Of a DNA stretch of 64,000 nucleotides, positions 36,273 through 49,021 are shown piece by piece. Below the pieces are notes generated by a model. It had not been told where the DNA came from, searched no databases, and worked only from the letters and a program-made list of their open reading frames with translations. The position numbers were made by a program, and so were the translations under genes. This stretch comes from Pseudovirgaria hyperparasitica (taxonomy: Eukaryota), in assembly GCA_010093815.1 (NCBI GenBank), contig ML996571.1; one strand, given 5' to 3'. The stretch's first letter is position 1, and every line of letters begins with the position of its first letter.

Positions 36273-36650
36273 CATACCACCGCCATATACCACTACTACC
36301 CCGGCGCCCTTTCTCTATCTCTCTTTTTCCAAAGTCGTACATCTCGCATGGCGTTTAGACGGGTTTACTGGGCATTTACAACACTATAGAGCAAACATGT
36401 GACGTTTGGGCACTGTATATATGGGATGGAATCTGATTGGATAGTATTGCATGCATAGTATGTGGAGAAGCTGCAGGGCTGATTCCCGAATCTTGATATA
36501 GTTGGTCATAATAAAAATGTTGAATTGGAAGAATGTTTTATAAAAAGAAATGTGTGCTCTGTTGGCCCCTTGTGGAAGGACAGCGAGGACGTGTATGTCA
36601 GGCAGGTCAGGGGTATGCATTCCACCGGCCTCACTCCCGAGGAGCAGTCA

Positions 36651-36715
36651 CAGCACAGCACAGCACAGCACAGCACAGCACAGCACAGCACAGCACAGCG
36701 CAGCACGGCACAGCC
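36651..36715 (+). repeat. (CAGCA)n microsatellite, 9 perfect + 4 variant units
   Basis: Read directly from the sequence. Confidence 0.95.
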
Positions 36716-36880
36716 CGACGACGACCTATCGGATGGATCCTAGTCCGGCAGCGGCCCGTGATCTACGCAGCCCCCCCCCCCCTAAAAGATCCATTCCGCC
36801 AACCCACTCCTCCAATCATATATTTGCATTCGTACCTCTCAACATGTTGTCTCTTCTTGTTTCTTTGTTGTCTGTCTACA

Positions 36881-37400
36881 AGGCTGGCTGGCTAAATGGT
36901 TGACAGGCTGGATCACTGGCTGGCTGGCTGGTTGTCTGGCTGGCTGGTTGTCTGGCTGGCTGGCTGGTTGTCTGGCTGGCTGGCTGGCTAAATGGCTGGC
37001 TGTCTGACTGGGTGAATGACAGGTAGGTAGGCGCGCGCGCACAACGGTGTGTCTTTTCATTCTTTCGTCCTTTCGTCCTTTCGTCCCATCCGTCCGTTCA
37101 CCTGTTCGGTTCATTGCATGCCCGGCTGCGGCCTTCTTTCGGTCTGTGAATAGAGTCAGGAGGTTGGTTGGTTGGGTGGTTGGTTGGTTGGTGAGTGTGT
37201 GTATCTGTATGTATGTGTTTGCGTGTATATATGTGGCTGAGTCACTGAGCCACCTCGCATGGATCCATCCATCCAGGCATTCGTCCATCCATCCAGGCAT
37301 TCATCCAGGCATTCAACCAGGCACCAAACCCACCATAAGCACCAAGGCAGGCACCGGGACCAATCTCAACTACAGTGTCCTTGGTCCATCCATCCATCCA
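36881..37400 (+). repeat. Compound simple-repeat tract: (TGGC)n with GTTGTC spacers, (TTGG)n, (CCAT)n/CATCCAGG units
   Basis: Read directly from the sequence. Confidence 0.85.
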
Positions 37401-38225
37401 TTCGATCTGTAAGGCAACCGGTATAATCCAGAATCTCACTCTGTTCTCTTACGTTCACGCACATACATGCGCGCACTTTTAGAATTGCCGTCTTTCTAGT
37501 TGGCCATCTTTCATCTATCTAGCTATGCAGTCAGCAATCTATCCAGTCAGCCAGTCAGTCAGCTAGCTGATCACCGGTCTAGCAGACTGCGGCGGTTGCG
37601 TATATGCCGCGGTTTCTGACCTGTCTGATCTGATCTGACCGGAAGGCAGATTGGATGGTTGTATTGTTTGGATAGGTGGACGGCAATGCAAGGCAGGGCA
37701 GGACAGGGCAGGGAAGGGCGTACTAAGACAAGGCGTGGTCAGCCAAAGACATGACAAGACATGACAAGTCAGGACAGGATAGCCCAAGGCATGGTAGATA
37801 CACCGGCCAGCTAGGAGATCTAGCAGTGTCGACGGCGCGAGGCTGTGTAGACAGTGAGAGATCCCTGGACGGAGGAGTGTTTTCAGAGAAACATCCCTTG
37901 GTAGTGTCTTATGGCATGATATACCTACTTGATGGAAGGATCCTACTGCTTCCTCTATGTATCCTCTGTCTTCTGGCCTCTATCCTCTGTCCTATGTCTG
38001 ACTGACTAACTAACTAACCGAGTAAGTAGACAGAATGAGAGAATCTTGACTATGAGCCATCCACGCCCCTATCCACAGCCGCCGGCCATCACACATCAAC
38101 AAAGAGCTCCACACTCTGATAACAACCCCTTTATTCCATACCATCTCATCGTCAGAACACAACACACAACCACCCCAGCCCAAGCCCCATTCTACACCTC
38201 CCACACCCACCCCCAACCTCACCCC

Positions 38226-39857
38226 TCAAGATCCCCCCTCCAGCCCCTCCTCCACCCCATCCACCGCACACCACATATACCGCTGAACAGCGTCTGGCAA
38301 GCTGAGGAGGTGATTGAGCAGACTATTCACATCAATGTCGTCCTCGTCGTCGTTGTAATGGCCCGGGCAATCTAGATCTAGACGGGCGGCGACGGTTCTG
38401 GCAATGAACTTTTTCAGGCCAGGACGACGGTGCCAGGAGAGTGGGAGGTGGACGGTTGTTGGTTGGGGGGCTTGGGCGGTGGTGCTGGTGTTGTGGGATG
38501 GGTTGTTGGGGGATAGGGGTGGTTGGTGGTGGTGGTGGTGGTGCGCTGTGGTGAATGTTGGGGTGGAGGAGGAGGGGGAGGAGGAGGAGTTGGGGTGTGT
38601 ATTGTAGTAGTGTTTACTGGGCGCGTCGATGTGTCTGTCGTTGCGCACATAGGCCTCTACGTAGTCTTGAATAAATCCATTAACAGCGGCGGTGTCTCTC
38701 CGTTCGTCGTCGTAACCTTCGTGGTTTGGAGCGTTGACTAGGAATCCGGGCTCGCGCGCTGTGATGAAACTCTCGTCGTCGTCTTCCTCGTCGAGGTGTG
38801 CATTGTAGTATTTTCCATCGTCCGCCTCGATGTGTCTGTCATGCGCCTCCACGTAGTCTTTCTTAGTTCCATCATCAACAGCACCAGTGCATCTTCGCCC
38901 ATCTGCGTCTATCACTCCGGCGTTCGGATCTGACTCCAGTTCTCGCAACACCTCGGAATCCAGAAAGTCAAAGACGTCTACACGGACCCCCGGATCCATT
39001 CCCGCGAGCAGCGGCGTCCTGCCATCTTGTCCTGCACCGGGCACAGGCTCCGCGTCGCTGACCAGATACGCCATGACAGGATTGTCCGGACAACACCCAC
39101 GTATCCCGTCTGCACTCTCCGACCGCACATCCCCGAGTGTGAGGATGCTGCTACTAGCATCACCGGACTCGGCTTGCGGTGCTGTAGTCTCCGGCACTTC
39201 GGGTGCTAGCACAAACTCCGCTGAATCACCGTCCTCGTCAGCCTCATCCTCTAGCCCAACATGCTGCAGAGTCTTCGTAGGACGCTCGGTAGACTCCCCC
39301 TCTTGCCCTTGCTCCTCCTGAGCCAGCGCATGCCCTTTTAACGACACACCTCCGCTGCTCGCCGTATGTTTGCCTTTCCCCCTCCCCTTCTCCTTCCCCT
39401 TCCGCGTCCCCGTGCGTGTCTCCGTCCGCCGCCGCACAAACCGTCGATGCTCCGGCTCAATCGCAATCTCGCATTCCGCGCTGCTACCACCACCACCACC
39501 ACCACCACTACCACCACCAAAGATCGACACAGCCTTTGCCCGGCGCGGGAGGAACCACGTCGAGCAGGAGGAGTACTGGCTACGGGCGCTCTTCCCCGAT
39601 GACGACGACGACGACGAAGGAGTGCTCGACTTTGTAGATGCTGGCTTCTTCGCGGACCGGCGGGGGGAGCGAGACGGGGAGCGAGAGGAGGCCTTTAAAG
39701 AAGAAGAAGAAGAAGAAGAAGAGTGGGGGGAGACTATGCATGACGATGAGGAGAGGAGGGCGGTATTTCGCGTCAGAACGACTGGGGCGCGTTCGACGGC
39801 GGTGCGGGCCGGGGATGGGAGTTCCGCGGTCTTGTAGTAGGCTGGTGAGACGTGCAT
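38226..39857 (-). CDS. Low-complexity orphan protein, 543 aa, with an internal duplication
   Basis: Uninterrupted ATG-initiated ORF with Ser/Gly/His/acidic tracts and a repeated DYVEA..DRHI...YYN.H motif. No known domain recognised. Confidence 0.55.
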   Translation of the reverse strand: MHVSPAYYKTAELPSPARTAVERAPVVLTRNTALLSSSSCIVSPHSSSSSSSSLKASSRSPSRSPRRSAKKPASTKSSTPSSSSSSSGKSARSQYSSCSTWFLPRRAKAVSIFGGGSGGGGGGGSSAECEIAIEPEHRRFVRRRTETRTGTRKGKEKGRGKGKHTASSGGVSLKGHALAQEEQGQEGESTERPTKTLQHVGLEDEADEDGDSAEFVLAPEVPETTAPQAESGDASSSILTLGDVRSESADGIRGCCPDNPVMAYLVSDAEPVPGAGQDGRTPLLAGMDPGVRVDVFDFLDSEVLRELESDPNAGVIDADGRRCTGAVDDGTKKDYVEAHDRHIEADDGKYYNAHLDEEDDDESFITAREPGFLVNAPNHEGYDDERRDTAAVNGFIQDYVEAYVRNDRHIDAPSKHYYNTHPNSSSSPSSSTPTFTTAHHHHHHQPPLSPNNPSHNTSTTAQAPQPTTVHLPLSWHRRPGLKKFIARTVAARLDLDCPGHYNDDEDDIDVNSLLNHLLSLPDAVQRYMWCAVDGVEEGLEGGS

Positions 39858-41300
39858 TGCGGGATAGTGGAGTGGTGTGGAGTTGTCTTGGTTTGTATGT
39901 CTGACTGTGGTGCTGGCGATTTACCCCCAAGTATGTATATATATACATACATTCAACCTCATAATCCATCGTTACACATCCAGCTCTTGCACTAGCTTCA
40001 ATCGACGAGCCGCCAGTGTTGCTTGTCCATCTATGAAGAGCCCCTCGCCTTACATGGCTCTGAGAGGGGTTCTTGAAAGGGGGAGGTGCTGAGTTGCTGC
40101 CTCGACGATGTGGCGGTCGAGGCAGACAGCTCTGTTACAGACAGACAGGCTTGTTAACAATGCATGACTTTTGCGTTCCTGTTTGAAGGGCCCGGGGGAG
40201 TGGGAGACTTATGGTGTTTGTTTGCCACCTTGCCATACGATACGGCATCTTACTGTGCTACGCCAGGCTATGCGGACAAAGAATGCTACTCGGTACCTGG
40301 CACTCGAGCCACCACGGTAAACAATGCATGTCCGGCTAGGCACACAACGAGATCTGCACGTACCTTGTTCAGCCATCTCCACAGTGTGTTGTGACACCTA
40401 CCTGGCATAACATACTCCAGACATGTATACTACAGCAGCCATCTTGACAGGTAGGCTAGATATACTCTGTCTAACTCACTTGCCTCCGTAGTCCTCGCAC
40501 CTAGAGCAGATATCGCCTTGAAGAAAGAAGGCACTTACCCGTTGACAGCAGACTATGTATAAACCCAAGCCGCAATCAAGCCCTACCCGAGTCCCCTCGT
40601 CCCCACGCGACTCTTCACCTCATGCACTGCCCCATTACATACCTTGTCAACATGATTATCGACACGCACTAGCTCATCAGTCCTGCACTGTTCCACCGCT
40701 CCGCAGGCCTGGTAACTGACACTCTGGCAGCATTCACCAACAGCAAGGCTCCCGATACAGACCCTCTGCTCTTTCGATCGTATGAATGTAGATGCGCTCC
40801 GCCCCCCTGAGTCGGCGCCAAGTCCTGCCTGACACTGGAGCTCTGGGGCTTTAGCAAGCGCTGTGTATTACCATAACGGCCCAGCGAGCCGGGATAGAAA
40901 TTCATTACATAAATCACGAGCGAGCTCGGCCAAGGGCAAAACTCGACGCTGCGGGGGAGCGCATACGGGCCTGCTAGGGTGGCGTTCACAGCCGCGCTGT
41001 TGCTGGACAGGCTGCCGTGGACGTAGTCGGCTTTGTAGTAGCTTTCTCGCCCGCTGACAATGAGGCCAGATATCTTGAGAGGATGGTAACTTCTTCATGC
41101 GGCCTTGTCCGACCTGTGCCCCTTTGCGTGCTGCTCTTATAGCAACATCGAAGTGAGCTCTTCTCTGACGAGTGAACATGCGCTCGAGAACAAACACGCT
41201 CTTCTTGTTCGCGCTCTGGGCTAGGCCATGGACTATCAGCCAGGCTGCACCATCTACACAGGCTATCCATACAGGCCTAGCGGTAAATCTGCTCTTCATC

Positions 41301-42871
41301 CTACGCAAGTCCTGACTGCAGCCAGGGGTCATCGCGAAGCTCCTTTGCCGTGCTCCTATCCTCTGGCACCCATTGAAGCATCCTCCTCACGAACTTGAGG
41401 AAAAGCGCTTTTTCTTCTCCGACCATGCATGTGATGCAGTCGTCAAGTTTGACATTGGTGGGAATGATTTCAGGATGTTTGAAGGAGCCTGTTATCAAGA
41501 TCAGAGCTATGATTCAACTGGTGCGTGTTGAGACCTCAGACATGCCTTTTGAGTCGAAGAACGGTCCGCCATAGTACTCACGGGCGGTATCACACCAAGC
41601 ACCGTTTGGACCGGGAAACGAGCGTTCCCAGGGGATGTCACGCCAAAGTTTTTCTCGATCAATGAGCTTCTGCGGCGGTGGTCCGAAAATTGCAATCATC
41701 TCGGCGATATGTGCCCGAGCGGTGTAGACACCATTTTGTGACTTGAGGTGGGCGAATAGCTCCTTGTCTTCTAATAATTCGAAAAGCTGCACAGTGTTAT
41801 CACTTTTTACTAATGTATTCAATTTGACAAAAGTGCTTACAAGGACACCCAAGTTCCAGATGTCGACGCTGTATGTCCATGGAACTCCAAGCAGGACCTC
41901 TGGAGCATGGTAGAGAGGAGGTTGTATTGGATGACGGAGGGGCTTCTCTCCATCGCCTCGGTGTGCCAGACCAAAATCGACAATCTTCGGCAGCATCAAG
42001 TATGACTTCAGGGTGCCAAAGTTGTTGTGTGAGAGATATATGGTCTGATCGCCGACTCTTTTTCGAGGCATTGGATGGTCACCTTGAGCCTCCACGTACT
42101 CTCCAAGCACGCTCGGATCCTCGAAAGACATCAGTATATTATCTGCCTTGAGATCTAAAGCCACGGTCAGTCTTGGCTAGTCAGGGTGTCTGAATCACCT
42201 CTAGAACAGACCTGTATGGATGACCTGGCATTCGGAATGGAGATAGTCCAACCCCTGCAATATAAAGTCGACATGCACCTTAAGGAGCTGAGGCGGAATA
42301 GCATCACCAACAAGACGGTGTTGAAGCTGACTTAACGGCTCCCGCATAGCCTCGAAAACCAGACATAGATGAGTAGCTCCAGTGGGGCTGGTTGCTATGA
42401 AATCATCAATTGCAGCCCTTACAAATGCAAAGCCAGCGATAGAAGTGTCTTTAGCGAGACGTTTGTTGATATCGAGCTCATGCAAAACCATGTCATCATA
42501 GTCAGGGTTGGAGGTAGCAATCTTCAGAGTCACATATCGGTCCGGCACCCTTCACAGATTGTCAGGCTTAACCCATGATTTCAGGAACGAGAGAAGAACC
42601 GTGACCGCTCTAGATCCCTTGCAAGCCATACAGTAGAAGCTGTGCCCCATCCGATCTTCGTTAGGATTTTATATCGGTCATCAAGGACTTCGCCCGGATG
42701 TGCAGGGTAGTAGAACTCAGGTCGATAACCTGGCACTCGCTCCTCTTCAATCAGGACGTTAGTGGGCAGTATGCTTGGAGGTCGTGAGAGGCTCGTTATC
42801 GGCCTTGACGTGATGTATGCCGAATGTGAGCATAATGACCGAACGCGTCGACACTGATGGCGCATAATCAT
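41301..42871 (-). CDS. SRPK-like (CMGC; Sky1/Dsk1-related, fungal expanded group) Ser/Thr kinase; 4 introns
   Basis: IEEERVPGY..FYYPAHPGEVL..RYKILTKIGWGTASTVWLARD, YVTLK, HLCLVFE, LDYLHSECQVIHT|DLKADN, DFG, IQP..YHAPE, DIWNLG, MLQWVPEDRSTAKEL..DPW. Confidence 0.9.
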
Positions 42872-43796
42872 TGTCTCCTGCTTTCGATCGCATCTCCTTG
42901 AACCAGCCTTTGGCGTGCGGTTTGTTGTCTCGTCTGGATCTTGTAAGACGCTAACCTAGATCCGGCACGCCTAGCGTACTACCACCAAAATAAGGATTGC
43001 CATAAGACTTTCGATAGTCTCCCACTTGAAAGCCGTCCTCGAGAGCTGATATCCCTTTTTGTGACACTTGTCATATTCGAAGTGCTGTTACACCACATAG
43101 CCTGTTGACTTGTTCCAAGTACTTGTCCTCGGATGCTGATATGGCATGTCATTGCGCTCTTTGTTGGGTTGATTCACTTGTTCACTCCCCCTACAGCTAG
43201 CATCGAAGACTACCTTCCTCAATCTGCATGTTCTAGCACCCTTCTCCGTCCACCCAGCTCCTTTCGATCTAAACTGCTTGGACTTCCTTGCGTGCGATAC
43301 CTTCGCAGATGTAGGCCCACTAAGAGTCGATGCAGCGGAGTCTTTCTAAACCGGTTAACTTTCAAACACTTCACGCGACACCCCGTCAGCTAAGATTCAC
43401 TCAGGGGTATATATTTGACCACCATGTCGGTGGAGTCTCGAACCTCTTTTTAGTATTAGTTCGGTGAGAAAGTATTGCTGATTGTCGAAACAAATCCCCT
43501 GCCACAAACGATTTGCCTAATCTGCGAGAGGCCCACCTGTCAAGCCTCCACCCTGCCCTGACTCACCCGAGCTAATCCGTAAGGCAGCTCCCCTCGCATT
43601 TCCGAACAAATAAAGATGTCTTCCCGTGGGGGAATCGGGGCTAGTAAGCACCCCCTGGTCACAACTGCATGATGCGTAGTGTTACACGTTTCGATTATTT
43701 CAGCACAAGCAGATTAGATGAGATGTTTTGATGGTCATGTCCATAGTATCATTATGCTTACTCCTTCCCCTGTCCTTTTCAATATATCTCGCCGTA

Positions 43797-45732
43797 TCAC
43801 CACTTCGTTCCGTTCGATGCTGCCTCGGGCGGGTAGACCACAATACGGTCCAGGTCTGCACCCTTATAGTCGAATCCATTGTACAGTCCACCGACTGTGA
43901 TGTTGTTGTTCTTGCCCTTGTTCAAGTTTAGTAGTAAAGGGGTTGAAAGTATGATGCTTTTGTGCGTATCGCGTTGGAACAGAGTTTGGACATTATCCTC
44001 GTCACCGTTCACGACGACGCTGCTGATGCGCCGGAGCTGCCAGGTTCCACCAATGCGGTCCGGAGAACCGCCCGCTACGTGGAATGGTAAATTAAGGGTA
44101 TCTTTGACATGTTAGGCTGAGAACTTACGTTGATCACCGAAACCCATGTCATCCGTGTCTAATTCCAATTAGCAGCATGAACGTGAGGAGTTTCGTCGCG
44201 CCGATAGCTTACTTTGATAATAAAAGGATACCCACTGAGGCTTCCCAGTGCCTTCAATGCCCTCAAAGGTGACAGTACTGTCATTGCCATATATGCCTGT
44301 CACAATTGTGTTGCCGCTTGCAAAACTCTGTGCATCTGCGTTAGGTTGGGCGTTGACTGAAACAAGTCAGGACATACTGCCTCCTGCTTGAAAGCATTGC
44401 CGTTGACTTTTGCATCGTGAGCATAGTAAGATCTACCCCTGATGGCCTTCCACTTGCCCGTGTGGCTTGGAATCGTTAGCAGAGCCATTGAACTGGTCTT
44501 AAGCATCTTACACGTCCAGGTCGTAAATATCATGCCACTCGATTTCGAGTGTCTTCTTATCATCGTCAATGTGCATCGGCAGCCATATATATCTGCTTTC
44601 CCACAGTGAATTTGAATCCCACTGTTAGCACGGTCAGTGCTGAACGTGCTTGACGCGAAAGCCACGAGTAATACACGTACTTGATCACCAATATACAAGA
44701 AAGTAGTTTGCGCACTTCCATTGATACGCAAGGCGAATCCGGATTGGGAGTTGAAAGTTCTTGTGTTCAAAGGCGACACAAAGGATGGTTGAGACCACGG
44801 ACCGGCAAGAGAGTCCGCGCGGAAAACAACAACATCTACACATGTGTTAGTATTTGATCCACTAGTCGTTCGAGTGAGCAGGACTGTTTGGTCTATAGCC
44901 AGTCTTGTGGCTCATCAGGGCATAGTAGCTTTTGTCGGTCTGGATGATCGTTGGAGCTTCGAGGTCGTACTTGTCGAATCGATGGACGACCGAATCCAGT
45001 GCCGAAACCTCCTCGTTGTAACTAGTCAGATAGACATCACGACCCTCCTTACGATCACCGTTCGAGTATAGCGCATACGATCTGCCATCCTTGTAATCGG
45101 TAAACATGCCAAAGTCCTGGCTCCAATTCCCAAGCGGGGCTGTTGCACTGAGGAAGGTGTAGGGCCCAGATATGGTATCTGCTGTAGCAAGACCTTGGAG
45201 GAGTAGGCCGTAGGTACTGTTGTCAGCGTGCCACCACATCTATCAGCCGATTAGACCGGTCTAGATAAGGTCCTACGAGCGTACTCACGTGGTACTGTTT
45301 TGATGCATCACTCCATACAACCTTTGGACGTTGAATCACATTCTGCGGAGATATATAGGGATGTCCCTCGATGGGCTCTGATGGTTGTTAGTATAGTAGA
45401 GAGGCGATACACGGTGACGTACGTAGAGCCTGCCCATGATGTTCCCAAGTTGCCAGATCATCAGAGCTGTAGATGGAGTCAGGGGGTGCTCAACACCTCC
45501 ATCACGTAGAAAATTACCTGTACACAGAAACACCACCACCTTCCACTTGGCCTTCAACTTTGTATTCTCCAAACAGATAGAAGCGACCAGTGTCTGGATC
45601 AGTGGTAATACAACCAGCATGGGCGTTGACAAGATTGCCGTCCGTGTCTAGCCATCGAGCCCCTGGGACTATATATTTTGCTCCTACTAGAGTAGCTAGG
45701 CTTGCACAAAGGACATGGATAGTGAAGAACAT
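43797..45732 (-). CDS. Secreted GH43 exo-beta-1,3-galactanase-like enzyme (GH43_24-like) with C-terminal CBM35-like domain; 10 exons
   Basis: Signal peptide then IVPGARWLDTDGNLVNAHAG, YLFGEYK, IQRPKV, MWWH, SQDFG, DLEAP, SHKTGYRPN, TFNSQ, GDQ|WDSNSLWESRYIWLP, C-terminal GADLDRIVVY. Nine introns reconstructed in frame. Confidence 0.88.
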
Positions 45733-46944
45733 GTTCCCTACTAAGATATAGGTATATTTATATGGTAAACGTACATGCCCATTCCAGCCTTATATGACTT
45801 GCATCTTGAAATGTGCAAGTTGTAGCCAAGTCACAGCCGGGACATATTGCCCCGAGCTCTTCTCTCGCTGTGATTAACACGGGCTAGATGCGGGGTTGGA
45901 GGGTTTCGTGACTCTATATTTCCCGTCTCTGGCCACAGGTTGCTCATTTATGCAGGAAGTATGGCTCGAAGCAAGATCCTCTGGGCTGTGCGTTCACGAT
46001 ACAAAGCAAAGAAAGCAAACCATTAATGTCATGACGCTGTCCTGAGTCATGATGTCGCTTTAATTTCCCGCTTGAATGTGCCCGAGTGCAACCTTTACAC
46101 GGCCAAGCAACGACTACAGGATCTCCATACAAGTACTTGACGTGAGCGAAGACAGGACGTCATTCCTGCAGCTGGCATCGCCACTAGTAGCCGTTCTGGT
46201 TCTTTGTAGGTGCTATGCATGGATCCTCTATGCCGGTGTGCATGCGAGGGTCTGCATAGAGCAAAGTATTGTTGGCATACAGAAAGTTATGAAGACTCGA
46301 GACGTTGTAGAGTGAATTATGGCGATGATAGTTTGCTGTAGGTAAACAACTGATCATTAGGCAGCCAGACTGCCACATCCGGACTCGGAGACTATGGGAT
46401 CTTAGTAAGCAAAAGTGAGGCCCCCCGCGGACGACTACAGCCTAGGTGGCGGACATGCCAACACATTCGCATTCAGAGTCACACTCATATTTCATATTCA
46501 TATGCTTCAGCTGCCGAAAAGCCTCCTCTAAGATCTCTTTCCAGTCTGTCGATAGAAAGAACATGATAGCGAACTGAACACGTGCAGCTAGTGACTCGTG
46601 AGCATCAATCCGTTGGGATAGACCTTTAACTTTTCGCTCTTCCAGCAGCCCGCTACGCCAGCTGTTGCGCCGCCGCCAAGCCATAGATTGGCATTGGCTT
46701 CTCTCCGTCGGACATCAATTAAGACTAAACGCGCCGCCACGTCCAGCCAGACGCTCCGCCACCGATTCAGCTTGTCAGCTAATGCTAATAATAGTTGTGT
46801 TTCCTCGACGCCGTGCGAGTCTCACCCCCTGCATCACTCTTCGGCTATCAACTCATTGCTCGTCCTCGTTGTTGTGCGTTCAAAGCCCAAGACATCACCT
46901 ATAGCCTCTACACATAGCAGATCTCCGCCAAACTCTCTCTCAAG

Positions 46945-48075
46945 ATGATGCGAAAGAAGACAAGCTTTACCACGGTCACACCGCTCCCGACCTTCATTCC
47001 ACGTCAGCTTGCTATCGACATGCTTCATAGCCATGAGGAAGTCATCAAGATCAATCCACTAGTGCTGGACGTCAAGCCGACAGAGGCTCCGCGCGATGCC
47101 CCTGCCGACGAATTCTATTCCACATGGTACGAGATAACTCAGCGCATCCAGTACGTTCCTGGTATGGGAAAGATGGGTTCTGGAAAGATTGCCTTCAAGG
47201 GCTGTTTCCACAATATGTCTTGGGGCCTACAGACGCACACCCTTGCCCCGGCAGGTGTGGATCTCCGCAACAAGTGGCAAGTCTGTGGAAATGAACCTGG
47301 CGAACCAGTCATTGCGCAAGAGCTTGGGATTGGTGCACCACCAGAGGGACTGTATCTGCGAGAGGACATCGAAGTCAAGTGCAACATGGCCATGATTAGT
47401 TTCGTCAAGAAGGAACTAAAAGCTGCTTCCAAAGTCATGGTAGATCGAATCATTAAGAAAGCGGAATTACTCGACTCCGGCGTACTACACGCCATGTTCG
47501 ACGATGGAAAGCTCAAGACGTTCAACCCGGCAGACCGCACTGCTGTAGTGTCGCCTAGACCTGGCTCGGGACAATATCAAAATCCTCTCGGATCGCCTGT
47601 GGTGCCTCCGTCGCCCGGTTTTGGTGGAAATGTTCATCGCCCCGGGCACAATGAAGCCATACCCATGGAGCTACCTGGCGACTTCTCATATGCCAACCAA
47701 CAACCACAACAGCAACAACATCAACAGCAAGGTTATTTGAATCCTCAATATGACAGATACTCCATGCAGTCGAATCCAGGCGCGCGCTCACCAGGACAAG
47801 AAGGTAGTAATTGGTCTGATAACAGAAGTAATAATAGCTCACGCCCTACTTCATACTCCTCAGACGGAATAAGATCTCCAGGTCCCGAGCAGGGTCATTT
47901 CGCCGCAGAATTACCAACCCATCAAGAGTTGGATGAGCACCATACGGCCAACAATGCTCCACAAGTCCCACCAAAAGTCCCCACCGATCAAAAATCACCT
48001 GCGATATATCAGACATATAACCCACAAGACTACGGCCCAGATCATCGACCTGGCCAAAACACCCAAAGGTGGTAA
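46945..48075 (+). CDS. Conserved fungal hypothetical protein (DUF7053-like N-terminal domain, disordered P/Q/S-rich tail)
   Basis: 376-aa ORF. TTVTPLP.FIPRQLAIDMLHSHEEVIKINPLV, GLQTH, LYLREDIEVKC pattern; the domain name is from recall only. Confidence 0.8.
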   Translation: MMRKKTSFTTVTPLPTFIPRQLAIDMLHSHEEVIKINPLVLDVKPTEAPRDAPADEFYSTWYEITQRIQYVPGMGKMGSGKIAFKGCFHNMSWGLQTHTLAPAGVDLRNKWQVCGNEPGEPVIAQELGIGAPPEGLYLREDIEVKCNMAMISFVKKELKAASKVMVDRIIKKAELLDSGVLHAMFDDGKLKTFNPADRTAVVSPRPGSGQYQNPLGSPVVPPSPGFGGNVHRPGHNEAIPMELPGDFSYANQQPQQQQHQQQGYLNPQYDRYSMQSNPGARSPGQEGSNWSDNRSNNSSRPTSYSSDGIRSPGPEQGHFAAELPTHQELDEHHTANNAPQVPPKVPTDQKSPAIYQTYNPQDYGPDHRPGQNTQRW

Positions 48076-49021
48076 GGACTGCACGGCCACTAAGGCTATC
48101 CGAAGAAACTGTTAGCGGATGGTATCTTCTTGAATGAATAGAACGGATGTTCACGAGACTCCTCGGAACCTCGTATGAATCATGTCGGGCACTAGGTCGC
48201 GACAGTCTCCGCGCTACTTTAATGATAGACTGGCAGAGTATACCCGTGCAATCGCCACACGGATATTGGCGCTCTTGGAACCGATTGCCATGAAAATGCA
48301 TGAGATATTTCCCTACGAACCAAAGCGCGTGCCCCGCGCTATGATACCCGCACATAGCATGGTTTGTTGGCAAGGCGAAGACCATTGGTGCTTGGTCTGA
48401 TAAGCATTGGGATTTGACGCAATACAACATAGCAGCTACTACTTTAGTTTATAAACAAGTAATGACGATATTTACCTCGACTTTGCCGCTCAGACGTGAC
48501 CATTTGAAGCAACCGCCAAGCACCTGAGATATGGAGTCATCCCTACATTTCACCCCAAACACGTACCGATACTTATTTCGAACGCCCTTTGGGAGGAATT
48601 TAGGAGACAACATGGCTCTAGCTCCCTGGCCCGATCGAGAAATTTGGACGACGCCATGATTAACATCACATATTTTAGAAGTTTGGGTAGTTTACCGGGG
48701 TATCAAAAGTGCGAGGCAAGCGGGAAAATTGTGGTTCGCCATTCAAGCTAGAGGAGTCGAAACGTTACAATATCGTACCGTCGGCTGGAGTGCGACTGGG
48801 TGAAGTGTGCTACACAGTCGCTAATTACCATCAATACTCACTTCTCAGTCTGGATCCCACTGATGTGTGTGATACCTAGAAGGTGCCTAGTACTGGGTTG
48901 TCTCGGATTCCGATACCCACACGGAGATGACACTGCTCTCGCCAGTCGTAGGTCTGTCTATATGTATCTTTTCACGCTTGATACGTCCTGGAAACACAAC
49001 ATGTAAGTCTAATGCTTGACT

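Noticed and set aside
36500..37450. ORFs with CCAVL/HSTAQ/QPAS repeats; array-like appearance
   Set aside because: Translations of microsatellites. There are no unique spacers and the context is eukaryotic, so not CRISPR.
40400..41300. Short ORFs downstream of the kinase
   Set aside because: No recognisable family or codon signal.
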